64,000 nucleotides of DNA from an uncultured delta proteobacterium (GCA_963715335.1 CAVQRZ010000019.1:111856-175855), one strand, 5' to 3'. Shown: positions 18,163 to 29,650, counted from the first letter of the stretch. Translations and numbers: made by a program. Notes: generated from the letters alone by a model not told the origin.

Positions 18163-20276
18163 TCAGAAGCTGCCGCCGAGGCTGGCGATGAAGGTCTGTG
18201 CCGAACCGTCAAAGACATCGGAGTTTTGATCGTCGTAATCGTCATAGGTGTATTCAAACTGGGCTCTCAGCATCCTGGTGAACTGCCAGGTGATGCGGCT
18301 CTTGAAACCGTTTTGCCGGATGTCCACTTCGCTGATATCTTTCAGCTCCTCAGGGTTGACAATGCTGGGCAGGGGCGCATCATCTTCTGAAAAGCCAGGT
18401 GTAAATTCAGATGAGGAGCGGATATGGTAGCCTTCGACCCGGCAGTTCAGGTTTTCCAGGATGCGCAGGTTGATCCCGGCGGAGAGGGTGTGGACCCGCT
18501 GCTCGAAATCGGAATCATCGTCGACAAAGGAATAATCGTTGAGATTGCCTGTATTGCCTGCATCAGCTGGCCCCGCACCATAGAGCGTGTCCTGGTCGAT
18601 CTTGGAGTGCAGCATGCCGTAGTTGAGGTCCGCGGAAACGATGTTGTTCGGGATGAACCAGAGGCCGATGGCCAGGTTCTCGCGCTCCTCGTCACGGTCG
18701 AGATCAAACGGTGTCTCGATCCCTGATGGGGGTTCCCGATCGAACTGGGTGTAGGTGCGGTCGTCATTGTCGCCGCGCAGGATATCGATGCTGCCGGTCG
18801 CCCCCCAGGTCGCGGAGGGCTTGTAGCTGGCGTTGAAGAAGAGCTCGTTGCTGGAACTCAGGCTGGTGCCGTAAGCGGGGTCGTCGACGTGCTTGTATTC
18901 ATACCAGCCGTTGAACTTGAGCGCCGATTTTTCCAGGTGGCGGGAAAAGAAACTCAGCCGGAACCGGTCGATCGTTTCGTTGCTCGGCACGTCCCAGAAG
19001 GGGTTGGCTTGATGCAGCGAATGAAGCTGAAGTTGATCTTATGCCGGTATGATTGCGGTCGGTGTCTTCGCGCTCGTAGTCGCCTTTGAGTGTCAGACGA
19101 CGAGTCGGACGGTAGGAGACGGTCGCCGCATAATTGTTGCGGTCGATATCGATGCTCTGCCGAACGGGACCGTGCAGTCGGGGCCAAAACCACTATAAGA
19201 TATCCGTGGACATTTGACGATTGGGTTGCCGGGCCATCGCTGTCGAGGTCCAGCATCCGGTAACGGAAATTCATCGTCCACTTCTCACCGGGGGTGTAAG
19301 TGACATCGGCGGCCAGTTTCTGGTAGTCGGTTTCGGGGTCTATCGGGTTGGATATCACTGCCGTCCGATTCGTTCTCACGTTTGCCGATCGTGTAGCTGG
19401 CGGAGGTGACAAAGCCGCCGGACGGCGGAAGGTTGACCTTGAAAGTCGATTCGACAAGCCTGGAGTCGGGCGCAGTATCGTGTTCATAGTCTCCAGCAGG
19501 GCGACCCAAGATCAAATGGCTCGTTAAATATCATCACTTTGATCGGCGGTTTTTTCCCGGAATTCGCGCAGGGTTTGCAGGAAGGCGATGTCGACCGGTC
19601 CGAGGTGGGCGTCAAACCCGGCCGTGATCTCTTCGGTGACCCGGTCGATCTTGCGAGTGCGGCTCTGCATGTGGCAGCTGCTGCGCGAAACAACTGCTTC
19701 ATCGACGAAACGCAGCTGCATATCGCCTTTTTTCTCCAGGCGCCAGTAGGAGAGGTTGATATGGGCCGGATAGTCGGGGACATTGCCCCGCAGCTTGACC
19801 TCGTTGATCGTGATTTGCCGGCCATAGTCATCACCTGGATTGTTGATCCTCGTAAGTCACAGAGACGTTCCCAGGCGTGCCGTTGTGGGGAGTCTTCGCG
19901 TGTTGAGTAGGGCACGTGGTCCAGGTTGTGATACATCCTTTCCGAGCGGAGGTGCAGGCGGAACAGGTTCGTGTCCAGACCGCCCGCGAAATTGAAGTCC
20001 TTGTGACCCAGGTAATCGCCGACCAGGGAGAACTTTCGTCCGGTGTCATATTTCTTGACGACCAGGTTGAAGGTCGGGCTGTCGTTGAGGTAGCTGTATT
20101 CCGCGGCCCGGTTCGGGCTGTTGTCGGTATCGACGAAGCGGTAGCCCGCTGAAACCTCGACGATCTGCTCATCTTCCAGGAGCAGCAGGTCGGTCGAGGT
20201 CTGCCAGGCTGAAAGTTGCCGGCAACATCAACAAGGAAAGAGCCAGAATCCCGTATCGCATATATTTTTCAACCAT
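18163..20276 (-). pseudogene. MtrB/PioB-like outer-membrane beta-barrel with about 8 frameshifts in the N-terminal ~1.3 kb (pseudogene or assembly artefact)
   Basis: Signal peptide; protein-like blocks in alternating frames (GYRFV..RAAEY, HNLDH, PDYPAHINLSYW, SSCH..DRVTEE, YQKLAADVTY); intact last 275 aa ending GGSF. Confidence 0.8.
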
Positions 20277-20338
20277 TTCAATCATCTCCTGTGTCCCCGA
20301 ACAGTTAGGCAAAACGAATTTGCATGCAATTGCCGAAG

Positions 20339-21331
20339 CTACCTGGCAAGGAAAGTGCCCCGGCCGTGGGACGATGGGTTGTCGCTCCCGTGGATGGCCG
20401 AATGGCAGTCCGTGCACCGGGTGAAGTACGCCTGTTTCTGAGGACTCCCCGCTAGCGAGGGATAATTGGCTACCGTTAAAGTGGCTGCGGCATGGCACTG
20501 CATGCACAGGAAAGGTTGCGAGACTTCCAGCAGCGGTTCGTTGGGTGACCCGTGGGGGCTATGACAGTTGGTGCAGTCCTCGGTGACATCGGCGTGCTCG
20601 TAAACGAACGGCCCCTGGTATTCCATGTGGCAGCGCGTGCAGAGGGCCTTCGAGGTCATCCCTTTGAGGTTGTGATCGTTGGTCGACTGGTGCGGATCGT
20701 GGCAGTCGGTGCAGGCCATCTTATGCTCCGGCACCGGATGGTGGGAAAACTGGGCGAACTCCATCTTGACCTGCGTGTGGCAGCCGGTACAGAGTTCCTG
20801 TTCCTCCTTGCGGCCGACTTTCTGCTCGGGGCCCTTGTGCAGCTTGTGGCAATCGAAGCAGCTGACTTCATTCAGGGCGTGCACGCTGGAATTCCAGCTG
20901 TGGAGGTTGGGCGTCGATGCCGCCGAATGGCAGCGCAGGCAGAGCATCGACTGGGCCTGGGCCGGGAATTCGGTAATCGGCAGCAAGGTTTTGAAGTCGC
21001 AGGGCTGCCCCTGTATTACGTTCTCGACAGCCATGCTGCCGGGGCCGTGGCAGGATTCGCAGTTCACCAGCGGCAGACCGGTCTCCTCGGAGATCTGGTC
21101 GCCGTGGATCGAATGTTTGAAGTCACTCGCGACCCTGTCATGAACGTGGCATTTTGTCAGACAGTTGTCGTCACCGATGTAGTTGGCTTCGAGGTTGCCC
21201 ACCAGGATGGTCTCGTAATCTCTGACGGGCGCGATCGGTTGTGAATTACGCAGGGTGGCAAGATCGGTGCACGCAACAAAAACAATACTTGCCAGGACAA
21301 TAAAGATGGGAATTCGATATCGCAAAGCCAT
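20339..21331 (-). CDS. DmsE/MtrA-like decaheme c-type cytochrome, lipoprotein
   Basis: 9 CXXCH plus 1 CXXXCH; VFVAC lipobox; CESCHGPGS, GPFVYEH, CHSAIHGS. Confidence 0.93.
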   Translation of the reverse strand: MALRYRIPIFIVLASIVFVACTDLATLRNSQPIAPVRDYETILVGNLEANYIGDDNCLTKCHVHDRVASDFKHSIHGDQISEETGLPLVNCESCHGPGSMAVENVIQGQPCDFKTLLPITEFPAQAQSMLCLRCHSAASTPNLHSWNSSVHALNEVSCFDCHKLHKGPEQKVGRKEEQELCTGCHTQVKMEFAQFSHHPVPEHKMACTDCHDPHQSTNDHNLKGMTSKALCTRCHMEYQGPFVYEHADVTEDCTNCHSPHGSPNEPLLEVSQPFLCMQCHAAATLTVANYPSLAGSPQKQAYFTRCTDCHSAIHGSDNPSSHGRGTFLAR

Positions 21332-21422
21332 ACCTCCTGAAGTGAAGAAGAAACCGTTTTCAAAAAAGTTGTCCGGAGAAAGACGTCTTCTCCAGCCAGT
21401 TCATTAAAGTGCGAAATAAGTC

Positions 21423-21438
21423 TGCAATAATCGTTCCC
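21423..21438 (-). promoter_or_regulatory. Candidate sigma54 promoter of the cytochrome operon
   Basis: GGGAACGATTATTGCA (GG-N10-GC), ~90 nt before the ATG. Confidence 0.55.
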
Positions 21439-21966
21439 GTAAGAAGAACTTCATTGGCCTTATCAAATGTCTTGCGTTTGAATCTGATGATCTTAAAGGC
21501 GCCTCGATAATCGTCGATGACGGTCTTATCGTTGAATATAGGGGCTGTTGAGCTGTTTGATCGATCGGAAGAGGGGGGCGGCTGGCTTCTGCGGAGCATG
21601 TGAACAGAAACCTATGCAATTGGCCGGTTGCCCGGTTAAGCGTTGCTACCGCTTCGATTTGCATGTCTTTGTGGTTTAAGATCATATCCCGAAGTTTTTG
21701 ATAGCATATTAAGCTTAATTATATAAAAATTAGCGCAAATTATATGTAAATTAAATTAAAAGTCAAGACATTAAATGTAAAAAAACACATGAGTTTCGTC
21801 TGATAATAGGCCGCGCACGGACGTGCCTCTGGGATAACGGTGACTAAAATGGGAAGGAAAAGTGACAAAAAATGGTAGCCGAGCGTGCCGGGTGTGGTCG
21901 ATTCTGCGGGCAGCTCACAGGCTGTAGAAAAGCCGCAGCATTGTCGCTGGCGGGTCCGGCCCGTGG

Positions 21967-22407
21967 CTAGGAGGGGGGGCGACTGGAGATGGACGGGTGA
22001 TGCACCTGCCTGGTGGCCAGGCCGGCAAAGTCATAGCGTGACAGGGTTTTCATGAAGTCTTTGCGAATCTCCGCCCAGGCCCCGTGCACCGGACAGAAGA
22101 ACTCACGCTCGCAGGCGCCCTCTTCGATCATGCACTGGTTGAGGTAGACCGGGCCTTCCTGGGATTTGATAATGTCCAGCAGGGTGATCTCCGCCGGTTC
22201 CTTCGCCAGGTAGAAACCGCCGCCGACGCCGCGCTGCGATCCGACGATGCCGTCCTTGATCAACGGCTGCAGGATCTTGGTCAGAAAAGCCGGGGTAATA
22301 TCCTGCGTTTTGCAGATATCTTTTTTGTAGACGATCTCACCGGCCGGCTGGCGGGACATGTAAAGAATGGCTCGGATGGCGTATTCTGTTGCGCGGGTAA
22401 TGATCAA
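21967..22407 (-). CDS. Rrf2-family transcriptional regulator with three Cys (probable Fe-S ligands)
   Basis: TRATEYAIRA, SQRGVGGGFYLA, C-X6-C-X5-C; probable TTG start after aagga. Confidence 0.92.
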   Translation of the reverse strand: MIITRATEYAIRAILYMSRQPAGEIVYKKDICKTQDITPAFLTKILQPLIKDGIVGSQRGVGGGFYLAKEPAEITLLDIIKSQEGPVYLNQCMIEEGACEREFFCPVHGAWAEIRKDFMKTLSRYDFAGLATRQVHHPSISSRPPS

Positions 22408-22617
22408 GCGGGATTCCTTTGTCAGGATTCTTGACAATTTTCGTAATAAAGTAATGGTTTTGGTCGGTTATGTCAATCATTAATCCTTGCCCGATGCAAG
22501 TTGGTCCCTTCCTGGAAGCGGAATTCATCCCGCGGATTGACAGCATCTTTCAGGCAAGGGCATTATGCCCGATGCACAGACTCATTCAGATTCCATAACT
22601 AAGGAGCAGTTCCCTGC

Positions 22618-23538
22618 ATGTCAGCAGAACAGGTAATTGGTCGTTTCGCCCCGAGCCCCACCGGGCCCTTGCACTTCGGTTCCCTGATCGCCGCGGTCGG
22701 CAGCTACTGCCTGGCGCGCCAGGCCGGTGGCCGCTGGCTGTTGCGCATGGAAGACCTGGATACCCCAAGGGTTGTGCCTGGCGCTGCGGATGACATCCTG
22801 TTCACCCTGGAGAACCTCGGCCTGCATTGGGATGGTGAGATCGTCTGGCAGAGCCGGCGCACCGATGCTTACCAGGCTGCAGTTGAAACACTGCGTGACC
22901 AGGGACAGGTCTTCGATTGTGCCTGCTCGCGCAAGGAGATTCTACTGAGCGCGCCACATCCGGGCGAAGAAGGGCCGGTCTATCCCGGGACCTGCCGCTC
23001 AGGGCTGCCGGCGGGGCGCACGCCGCGTGCCCAACGCATCATCGTGCCTGACCGACAGGTCTGTTTTACCGATGGAGTGTTTGGTCCTATGCAGCAGGTC
23101 CTCACTGAGGCCGTGGGCGATTTTGTCCTGCGTCGTGCGGATGGACAGTTTGCCTATCAACTGGCCGTCGTGATCGATGATGCCGCCAGCGGGGTCAACC
23201 AGGTCGTTCGCGGTGCAGACCTGCTGTCGTCGACGCCGAGACAGATTTTTCTCCATGCCTGCCTGGGAAACCCGGTCCCGAAGTACATTCATCTGCCGTT
23301 GCTGACAGACCGGCAAGGCAAAAAAATCAGCAAACGCCAGGGTGCGCTCGGTTTTGATTCCAGGGTCAACCCTTCCGCTCTGATTGTGCGGACGTTGAAT
23401 CTCCTCGGCCAGGTCGTCCCTGAGGAGGCGGCTCAATCACCACCGGCGGAGCTTCTTGACTGGGCTTGCCGGAACCTTGAACGGAGGCGCATCCCGACGG
23501 GTCATCAGGGCCTGGTGCTCGATGATTTCCCGCTTTAA
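22618..23538 (+). CDS. gluQ: tRNA glutamyl-Q(34) synthetase
   Basis: RFAPSPTGPLHFGS, YQLAVVIDD, VRGADLL, KISK; no anticodon-binding domain. Confidence 0.93.
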   Translation: MSAEQVIGRFAPSPTGPLHFGSLIAAVGSYCLARQAGGRWLLRMEDLDTPRVVPGAADDILFTLENLGLHWDGEIVWQSRRTDAYQAAVETLRDQGQVFDCACSRKEILLSAPHPGEEGPVYPGTCRSGLPAGRTPRAQRIIVPDRQVCFTDGVFGPMQQVLTEAVGDFVLRRADGQFAYQLAVVIDDAASGVNQVVRGADLLSSTPRQIFLHACLGNPVPKYIHLPLLTDRQGKKISKRQGALGFDSRVNPSALIVRTLNLLGQVVPEEAAQSPPAELLDWACRNLERRRIPTGHQGLVLDDFPL

Positions 23539-23899
23539 TTGTGGGAAAGTGCGACAATCCCATTGACAGGGGGGTAAAAAGCCGGTAAATAGGTTTCATT
23601 GAAAGTGAGCAGTACCTGCCTGAGCGACCTGAACATACTAAAATTATTCCTTTCAGATAGTTTCCAACTTACTTAGTACGGACTGACCCTAAGATCTTTT
23701 GACATTCAGGAATTAACGCGCGAAGGCATGTATATCTGCTTCGCAACATAAACCTGCCCAAAAAATATCATTTCACATAGCCGTTATTCGGAGAAAAAAC
23801 CCTGAATTCATAAATGCATTTGTGCAATGTACACGGTAATAGCTGACCGTTTGTGTGGTGCCCATGATCAATGAATCGGCTGAACTGCAAGGAGAACAG

Positions 23900-25147
23900 A
23901 TGAATCTGAAGGAGCTGAAAGAAAAGAAGATTGCCGAACTTTCGACGATTGCCAAGGAACTTGGCGTCGAAGGGGCATCGGGAATGCGCAAGCAAGACCT
24001 GATCTTCGCCATTCTCAACACGACCTCCGCCAAGAACGGCGCCATATTCGGTGAAGGGGTACTCGAAATCCTGCCGGATGGTTTTGGCTTTTTGCGGGCG
24101 CCAGATGCCAACTACCTGCCCGGGCCGGATGATATCTATGTTTCTCCTTCGCAGATCCGCCGCTTCAATCTGAAGACCGGTGATACTGTCTCCGGCCAGA
24201 TCCGGCCGCCGAAAGAGGGTGAGCGTTACTTCGCCCTGCTCAAGGTGGCCGAGGTCAATTTCGAAAGCCCGGCTGTGGCCCGCGACAAGACTCTCTTTGA
24301 CAATCTGACGCCGCTCTATCCTGATGAGCGGCTGATCCTCGAGAGCGACCCGAAGAATCTTTCGGCGCGCGTGATCGACCTGGCCGCTCCGATCGGCAAG
24401 GGGCAGCGTGCCTTGATCGTCGCCCCGCCGCGAACCGGCAAAACGATCCTGTTGCAGAATATCGCCAATTCGATTACCACCAACCATCCTGAAGTTTACC
24501 TGATCGTACTGCTGATCGACGAACGGCCGGAAGAGGTGACCGACATGCAGCGGACAGTCAATGGCGAGGTCATCTCCTCGACCTTCGACGAGCCGGCCAC
24601 GCGCCACGTCCAGGTCGCCGAGATGGTCATCGAGAAAGCCAAACGCCTGGTTGAACACAAGCGCGACGTGGTTATCCTGCTTGACTCCATTACCCGTCTG
24701 GCCCGTGCCTACAATACCGTGGTGCCGCCATCGGGAAAAATCCTCTCCGGCGGTGTCGATTCCAACGCCCTGCATAAGCCGAAACGTTTCTTCGGCGCGG
24801 CGCGCAATATCGAAGAGGGTGGCAGCCTGACGATTATCGCGACGGCCCTGATTGATACCGGCAGCAAGATGGACGAAGTGATCTTCGAAGAATTCAAGGG
24901 CACCGGTAACATGGAACTGGTTCTCGATCGCAAACTGGTCGACAAGCGGACCTTCCCGGCGATCGACATCAACAAGTCCGGGACCCGCCGTGAAGAACTG
25001 CTTATCGACGCAACCAGCCTGCAGCGCATCTGGCTGCTGCGCAAGGTGCTTTCGTCGATGAACGTGGTTGACAGCATGGAGTTCCTGCTCGACAAGCTCG
25101 GCGACGCGAAAACCAACCAGGAGTTCCTCGACAGCATGAATCGTTAA
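23900..25147 (+). CDS. rho: Transcription termination factor Rho
   Basis: [33 protein letters not shown]. Confidence 0.98.
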   Translation: MNLKELKEKKIAELSTIAKELGVEGASGMRKQDLIFAILNTTSAKNGAIFGEGVLEILPDGFGFLRAPDANYLPGPDDIYVSPSQIRRFNLKTGDTVSGQIRPPKEGERYFALLKVAEVNFESPAVARDKTLFDNLTPLYPDERLILESDPKNLSARVIDLAAPIGKGQRALIVAPPRTGKTILLQNIANSITTNHPEVYLIVLLIDERPEEVTDMQRTVNGEVISSTFDEPATRHVQVAEMVIEKAKRLVEHKRDVVILLDSITRLARAYNTVVPPSGKILSGGVDSNALHKPKRFFGAARNIEEGGSLTIIATALIDTGSKMDEVIFEEFKGTGNMELVLDRKLVDKRTFPAIDINKSGTRREELLIDATSLQRIWLLRKVLSSMNVVDSMEFLLDKLGDAKTNQEFLDSMNR

Positions 25148-25251
25148 AAGGTTGCAATTGCTTTTAAATGGTGGTATTTAAGCACTCTTTTGTGCCTTGG
25201 GGCAGACTAAATCCGCGACCTGTACATAGCCAGGTCAACAGGAGTTGAATC

Positions 25252-25458
25252 ATGAAAGAAGGAATCCATCCAAAATACGAGGCCGCCACGGTCACCTGTC
25301 ACTGTGGCAACAGCTTTGCGACCAAGTCGACCAAAGCAGGCGATATCACCACAGAAATCTGTTCTTCCTGCCATCCGTTTTACACCGGCAAGCAGAAGCT
25401 GATGGATACCGCCGGTCGGATCGAGCGTTTCCGCAAGAGATACGAAAAGAAAGAGTAG
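25252..25458 (+). CDS. rpmE: 50S ribosomal protein L31 (Zn-binding type)
   Basis: [13 protein letters not shown]...[10 protein letters not shown]. Confidence 0.97.
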   Translation: MKEGIHPKYEAATVTCHCGNSFATKSTKAGDITTEICSSCHPFYTGKQKLMDTAGRIERFRKRYEKKE

Positions 25459-25601
25459 TGCCATGGGGGCGGCCCTGCTGGACCGTCCCTTTTTTGATGC
25501 CGGTTTCCCCGGCGGCCATACCTTGAAAAAATCTCCCGCGTCCCGTTCCGGGACACGGCCCGGTTCTCCGGACGGCGCGGTCCCATTTGGAAACGAAGGC
25601 C

Positions 25602-26288
25602 ATGCTCGTCCAACTCCTCACCTACACGCCCGATCCTGAACAGGTTGTGGCGGCCGCTGCGCGACTCTGTTATGCCGATGCATCGATTGCCGAGTTGCTT
25701 GGCCAGTCGCCGGATCAGCTTGACGGGTTGTTGGGCAAGATTATGGCGCTCGGCCACTTTTCGGTCCTGGAGCACGCTTCGTTTACCTACGGTATTGAAG
25801 GTGTCAGCCGGTCCTGCTCGCATCAGCTGGTACGCCATCGCATTGCCTCTTTTTCCCAGCAGAGCCAGCGATACGTGTCGCATGATCGGCCCTTCCCTGT
25901 GATTGTCCCGGCAACCATCAGTGGCCACCCGGAACTGCTGACACGTTTTGACGCCCACATGCAGGACACCCATGAGTTGTACCGTGACCTGTTGAACGCC
26001 GGCGTCCCGGCCGAGGATGCGAGATTCGTGCTGCCCAACGCTGCGGCGACGAAGCTCGTGATGACGATGAATGCCAGGGAACTGCATCACTTTTTCGAAC
26101 TGCGCTGTTGCCGCCGCTCCCAGTGGGAGATTCAAGCCATGGCCAAAGAGATGCTGCGCCTGGCAAGGCAGGCTGCGCCCAGGCTCTTCACTGCAGCCGG
26201 GCCGGGCTGCCTCAGGGCTGCCTGTCCGGAAGGGTCCATGACTTGCGGGGCGATCAGGGCCGTCCGCGAAGAGTACGCTAAACTCTAA
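25602..26288 (+). CDS. thyX: FAD-dependent thymidylate synthase
   Basis: GHFSVLEH, QLVRHRIASFSQQSQRY. Confidence 0.96.
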   Translation: MLVQLLTYTPDPEQVVAAAARLCYADASIAELLGQSPDQLDGLLGKIMALGHFSVLEHASFTYGIEGVSRSCSHQLVRHRIASFSQQSQRYVSHDRPFPVIVPATISGHPELLTRFDAHMQDTHELYRDLLNAGVPAEDARFVLPNAAATKLVMTMNARELHHFFELRCCRRSQWEIQAMAKEMLRLARQAAPRLFTAAGPGCLRAACPEGSMTCGAIRAVREEYAKL

Positions 26289-26315
26289 CCTGTGGTTGAG
26301 AATGTATAAGTCGCC

Positions 26316-27383
26316 ATGCTGAATAAACTCGAAGAAGTTGTCGACCGGTTCCGCGAAGTTGAGGGATTGTTGTCCAACCCGACGGTGGTCAAGGACCAGA
26401 ACCGTTACCGTGCCCTGACCAAAGAGCATGCCGATTTGATCGATGTCGTCAGCAGCTACAACCGATATTGCCAGATCCGGCAAGAGATCTCCGGCAGTCA
26501 GGAACTGCTCAAAGACCAGGATCCGGACGTACGTGAGATGGCAAGCGCCGAAGTCACCGAACTGGAAGCCGAAAAAAGCACTCTCGAAGCACAGCTCAAG
26601 CAGATGCTTCTGCCAAAAGATCCGAACGATTCACGCAATGTCATCCTCGAGGTGCGTGCGGGGACCGGCGGCGATGAGGCTGCCCTGTTTGCCGGCGCCC
26701 TGTTTCGCATGTACACCCGCTACGCGGAAAACCAGGGGTGGAAGGTTGAGCTCCTCAGCAGTGCTGAATCGGAAGCGGGAGGCTTCAAGGAAGTTATTGC
26801 CATGATCACCGGGAAGGGGGCCTATTCGCGGTTCAAGTACGAAAGCGGCACACATCGCGTTCAGCGGGTCCCGGAGACCGAGGCGCAGGGTCGCATCCAT
26901 ACCTCGGCCTGTACGGTGGCCGTGCTGCCCGAGGCCGAAGATGTCGAAGTTGATATCGATCCGTCGGACCTGCGTATTGACCTGTTCCGGGCTTCCGGTG
27001 CCGGTGGCCAGCATGTTAACAAGACCGAATCAGCAGTACGGATCACCCATGTCCCCACTGGAGTCGTGGTCTCTTGCCAGGATGAAAAATCGCAGCACAA
27101 GAACAAGGCCAAGGCGATGAAGGTCCTGCAGTCCCGCCTGCTCGATGCCATGCAGGCAGAACAACAGGCAAAGATGGCCGCCGATCGCAAAAGCCAGGTT
27201 GGCAGCGGTGACCGTTCCGAGCGCATTCGCACCTACAACTTCCCCCAGGGGCGCTGCACGGATCACCGGGTTGGACTGACGCTTTACAAGCTCGAAGCAA
27301 TCATGCAGGGTGACCTGGACGAAGTTATCGAGACCCTGACGACCCACTACCAGGCCGAACAGATGGCCGGGCAGGCAGGATAA
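26316..27383 (+). CDS. prfA: Peptide chain release factor 1
   Basis: GGQ, PET anticodon motif, RIRTYNFPQ. Confidence 0.98.
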   Translation: MLNKLEEVVDRFREVEGLLSNPTVVKDQNRYRALTKEHADLIDVVSSYNRYCQIRQEISGSQELLKDQDPDVREMASAEVTELEAEKSTLEAQLKQMLLPKDPNDSRNVILEVRAGTGGDEAALFAGALFRMYTRYAENQGWKVELLSSAESEAGGFKEVIAMITGKGAYSRFKYESGTHRVQRVPETEAQGRIHTSACTVAVLPEAEDVEVDIDPSDLRIDLFRASGAGGQHVNKTESAVRITHVPTGVVVSCQDEKSQHKNKAKAMKVLQSRLLDAMQAEQQAKMAADRKSQVGSGDRSERIRTYNFPQGRCTDHRVGLTLYKLEAIMQGDLDEVIETLTTHYQAEQMAGQAG

Positions 27384-27406
27384 CTCTCCACAAGGATTCG
27401 CGGCTG

Positions 27407-28267
27407 ATGCGGGTTAAGACTGAGTGCTGGACGGTCCTGAAGCTCCTGCAGTGGAGCGCAGACTATTTCCGGGAGAAGGGGATCGAGTCGGCCCGCCTGA
27501 ACGCGGAACAGCTGCTCTCGGCGACTCTCGAGATGGACAGGGTTGCCCTGTACGTCAACTTTGAACGTCCGCTCAATGCAGGTGAATTGAGCCGTTACCG
27601 GGAAAAAGTACAACGACGCGCCGGCCGCGAACCGATCCAGTATATCCTGGCTGAAACCGAATTCTGGTCTCTGCCCTTCCAAGTCAACCCGGCGGTGCTG
27701 ATTCCGCGGGCAGACACTGAGGTGCTGGTCGAAGAGGCCCTGAAAAAAATTGATGGGTGCTCCAGCGTTCTGGATATCGGGACCGGTAGCGGTGCCATAG
27801 CCATTGCCCTGGCCCACGAGAAGCCGGAGCTTCAGGTGACTGCTCTCGACTGCAGTGAGGGCGCCCTCGAAGTAGCCCGTGACAATGCGCGGCGCAATGG
27901 AGTCGAGGGACGGGTCGCTTGTTTGGTCGGTGACCTGAAAAATTTGCCACCGGGGCCTTTTGACATGATCGTCAGCAATCCTCCCTATATCCCGTCCCGG
28001 GACTGGGCGCAGCTGATGCCCGAGGTGCGGGATCATGAGCCGCGGCTGGCTCTCGACGGTGGTGACGATGGGCTGGAGGCCTATCGCCGGATCGCCGTAC
28101 AGTCCGTACGGGTCCTGCCGCCAGGGGGATGGTTGCTGGTCGAAATTGGGGTTGGGCAGGCCGCGGATGTCACCGCGCTGTTTAAGGCGGCTGGCCTGAC
28201 AGATGTTGCACAGCGCGATGATTATGCAGGAATACCCAGAGTGGTTATGGCAAGAGCGAAGCTGTAG
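27407..28267 (+). CDS. prmC: Release factor glutamine methyltransferase
   Basis: LIPR, DIGTGSG, SNPPY. Confidence 0.96.
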   Translation: MRVKTECWTVLKLLQWSADYFREKGIESARLNAEQLLSATLEMDRVALYVNFERPLNAGELSRYREKVQRRAGREPIQYILAETEFWSLPFQVNPAVLIPRADTEVLVEEALKKIDGCSSVLDIGTGSGAIAIALAHEKPELQVTALDCSEGALEVARDNARRNGVEGRVACLVGDLKNLPPGPFDMIVSNPPYIPSRDWAQLMPEVRDHEPRLALDGGDDGLEAYRRIAVQSVRVLPPGGWLLVEIGVGQAADVTALFKAAGLTDVAQRDDYAGIPRVVMARAKL

Positions 28268-28300
28268 GCTGTTGAGCTTCAAGCTGTCGAGGATAATATC

Positions 28301-29554
28301 TTGGATAAACTGATTATACATGGTGGTCGTCGTCTCGCAGGTGAAGTTAAGGTCAGCGGTGCCAAGAACGCCGCCCTGCCGCTGCTCTTTGCCACCCTGC
28401 TGGCCCCCGGGCCGCACCGGATCGGCAATTTGCCGCTGCTGCGTGACATTACAACGGCAGAACAGCTGCTGGCTGGACTCGGTGCGGAAGTTGACAGCAG
28501 CAACGGCATCCTGAAGATCGCTACCGGACAAATCAACAGCATGGAAGCGCCTTATGACCTGGTGCGAACCATGCGTGCATCGGTCCTGGTCCTTGGCCCG
28601 CTGCTGGCCCGTTACGGCCGTGCCCGCGTCAGTCTTCCCGGAGGGTGCGCCATCGGCGCTCGGCCGATCAACCTGCATCTCAAGGGGCTGGAAGCAATGG
28701 GTGCGGAGATCCATCTCAATCACGGCTATGTCGAGGCAAGCGCCACGCAGCTTAAGGGTGCGCGGATTTATCTCGACGTTCCGACGGTCGGTGGCACGGA
28801 AAACCTGATGATGGCCGCAACCCTGGCCAAGGGTACAACCGTTCTTGAAAATGCCGCCAGGGAACCTGAGATTGTCGACCTGGCCAACGCCCTGCTGGGG
28901 ATGGGAGCAAGGATCGAGGGCGCAGGGGCCGATACAATTACTATCGAAGGTGTCGACGAGCTGAGACCGATGGACTACCGGGTCATGCCGGACCGGATCG
29001 AGGCAGGGACTTTCCTCGTTGCGGCGGCCATGACCGGCGGTCGGGTCGGGATCAGAGGCGGATGCCCGGAGCACCTGGAGGCGTTGCTGAGCAAACTCGA
29101 AGAGGTCGGTGCGACGATAGAGGCGGACCAGGACGCACTTTGGGTTCAGGGTCCCGAGGAGCTCAGGTCAGTCAATATCAAAACCCAGCCACATCCGGGT
29201 TTTCCGACTGATATGCAGGCTCAGTTCATGGCGATGATGACCCTCGGCAAAGGCACCAGCATGATTACCGAGGCCGTATTCGAGAACCGCTTCATGCATG
29301 TCTGCGAGTTGCAACGGATGGGTGCCGATATCTCAATCGAGGGCCACACGGCGACCGTTAAGGGTGTCAACGGTCTGCTGGGTGCCCCGGTGATGGCCAC
29401 CGACCTGCGCGCCAGCGCCTGCCTGGTCCTTGCCGGACTGGCAGCGGACAATACCACCGAAATCAGCCGTATCTATCACCTGGATCGCGGCTACGAGAGA
29501 CTGGAAGAAAAATTCCGCAGCCTGGGCGCGGATATCGAGCGCGTCACGGCATAA
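28301..29554 (+). CDS. murA: UDP-N-acetylglucosamine 1-carboxyvinyltransferase
   Basis: [28 protein letters not shown]. Confidence 0.98.
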   Translation: MDKLIIHGGRRLAGEVKVSGAKNAALPLLFATLLAPGPHRIGNLPLLRDITTAEQLLAGLGAEVDSSNGILKIATGQINSMEAPYDLVRTMRASVLVLGPLLARYGRARVSLPGGCAIGARPINLHLKGLEAMGAEIHLNHGYVEASATQLKGARIYLDVPTVGGTENLMMAATLAKGTTVLENAAREPEIVDLANALLGMGARIEGAGADTITIEGVDELRPMDYRVMPDRIEAGTFLVAAAMTGGRVGIRGGCPEHLEALLSKLEEVGATIEADQDALWVQGPEELRSVNIKTQPHPGFPTDMQAQFMAMMTLGKGTSMITEAVFENRFMHVCELQRMGADISIEGHTATVKGVNGLLGAPVMATDLRASACLVLAGLAADNTTEISRIYHLDRGYERLEEKFRSLGADIERVTA

Positions 29555-29560
29555 AAACTT

Positions 29561-29645
29561 AGTGACTGGGAATTGGGGACTGGTTAAACTGCCAAATCAT
29601 CTGACAACTTGGCAAGCCCCCAGCCCCCAGCCTCCAGCCACGGAC
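29561..29645. repeat. Heptamer inverted repeat (GGGACTG ... CCCCAGC/CTCCAGC class)
   Basis: murA/hisG junction; same class as 1582-1661. Confidence 0.75.
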
Positions 29646-29650
29646 TTGTA

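Noticed and set aside
20169..20171. TGA after the barrel signal peptide as selenocysteine (mnmH implies selenium use)
   Set aside because: The protein-like sequence continues in a different frame, so an indel explains it better than Sec read-through
21340..21960. GEMM (cyclic dinucleotide) riboswitch upstream of the cytochrome
   Set aside because: No GGCAAA/GACGCAAA core found; only an AT-rich tract and a sigma54-like box
27347..29074. 575-aa minus-strand ORF and other long shadow ORFs (15570-16556, 23768-24775, 25380-26483, 48163-49185)
   Set aside because: Antisense to well-conserved genes; expected from GC-rich codon bias; no recognisable motifs
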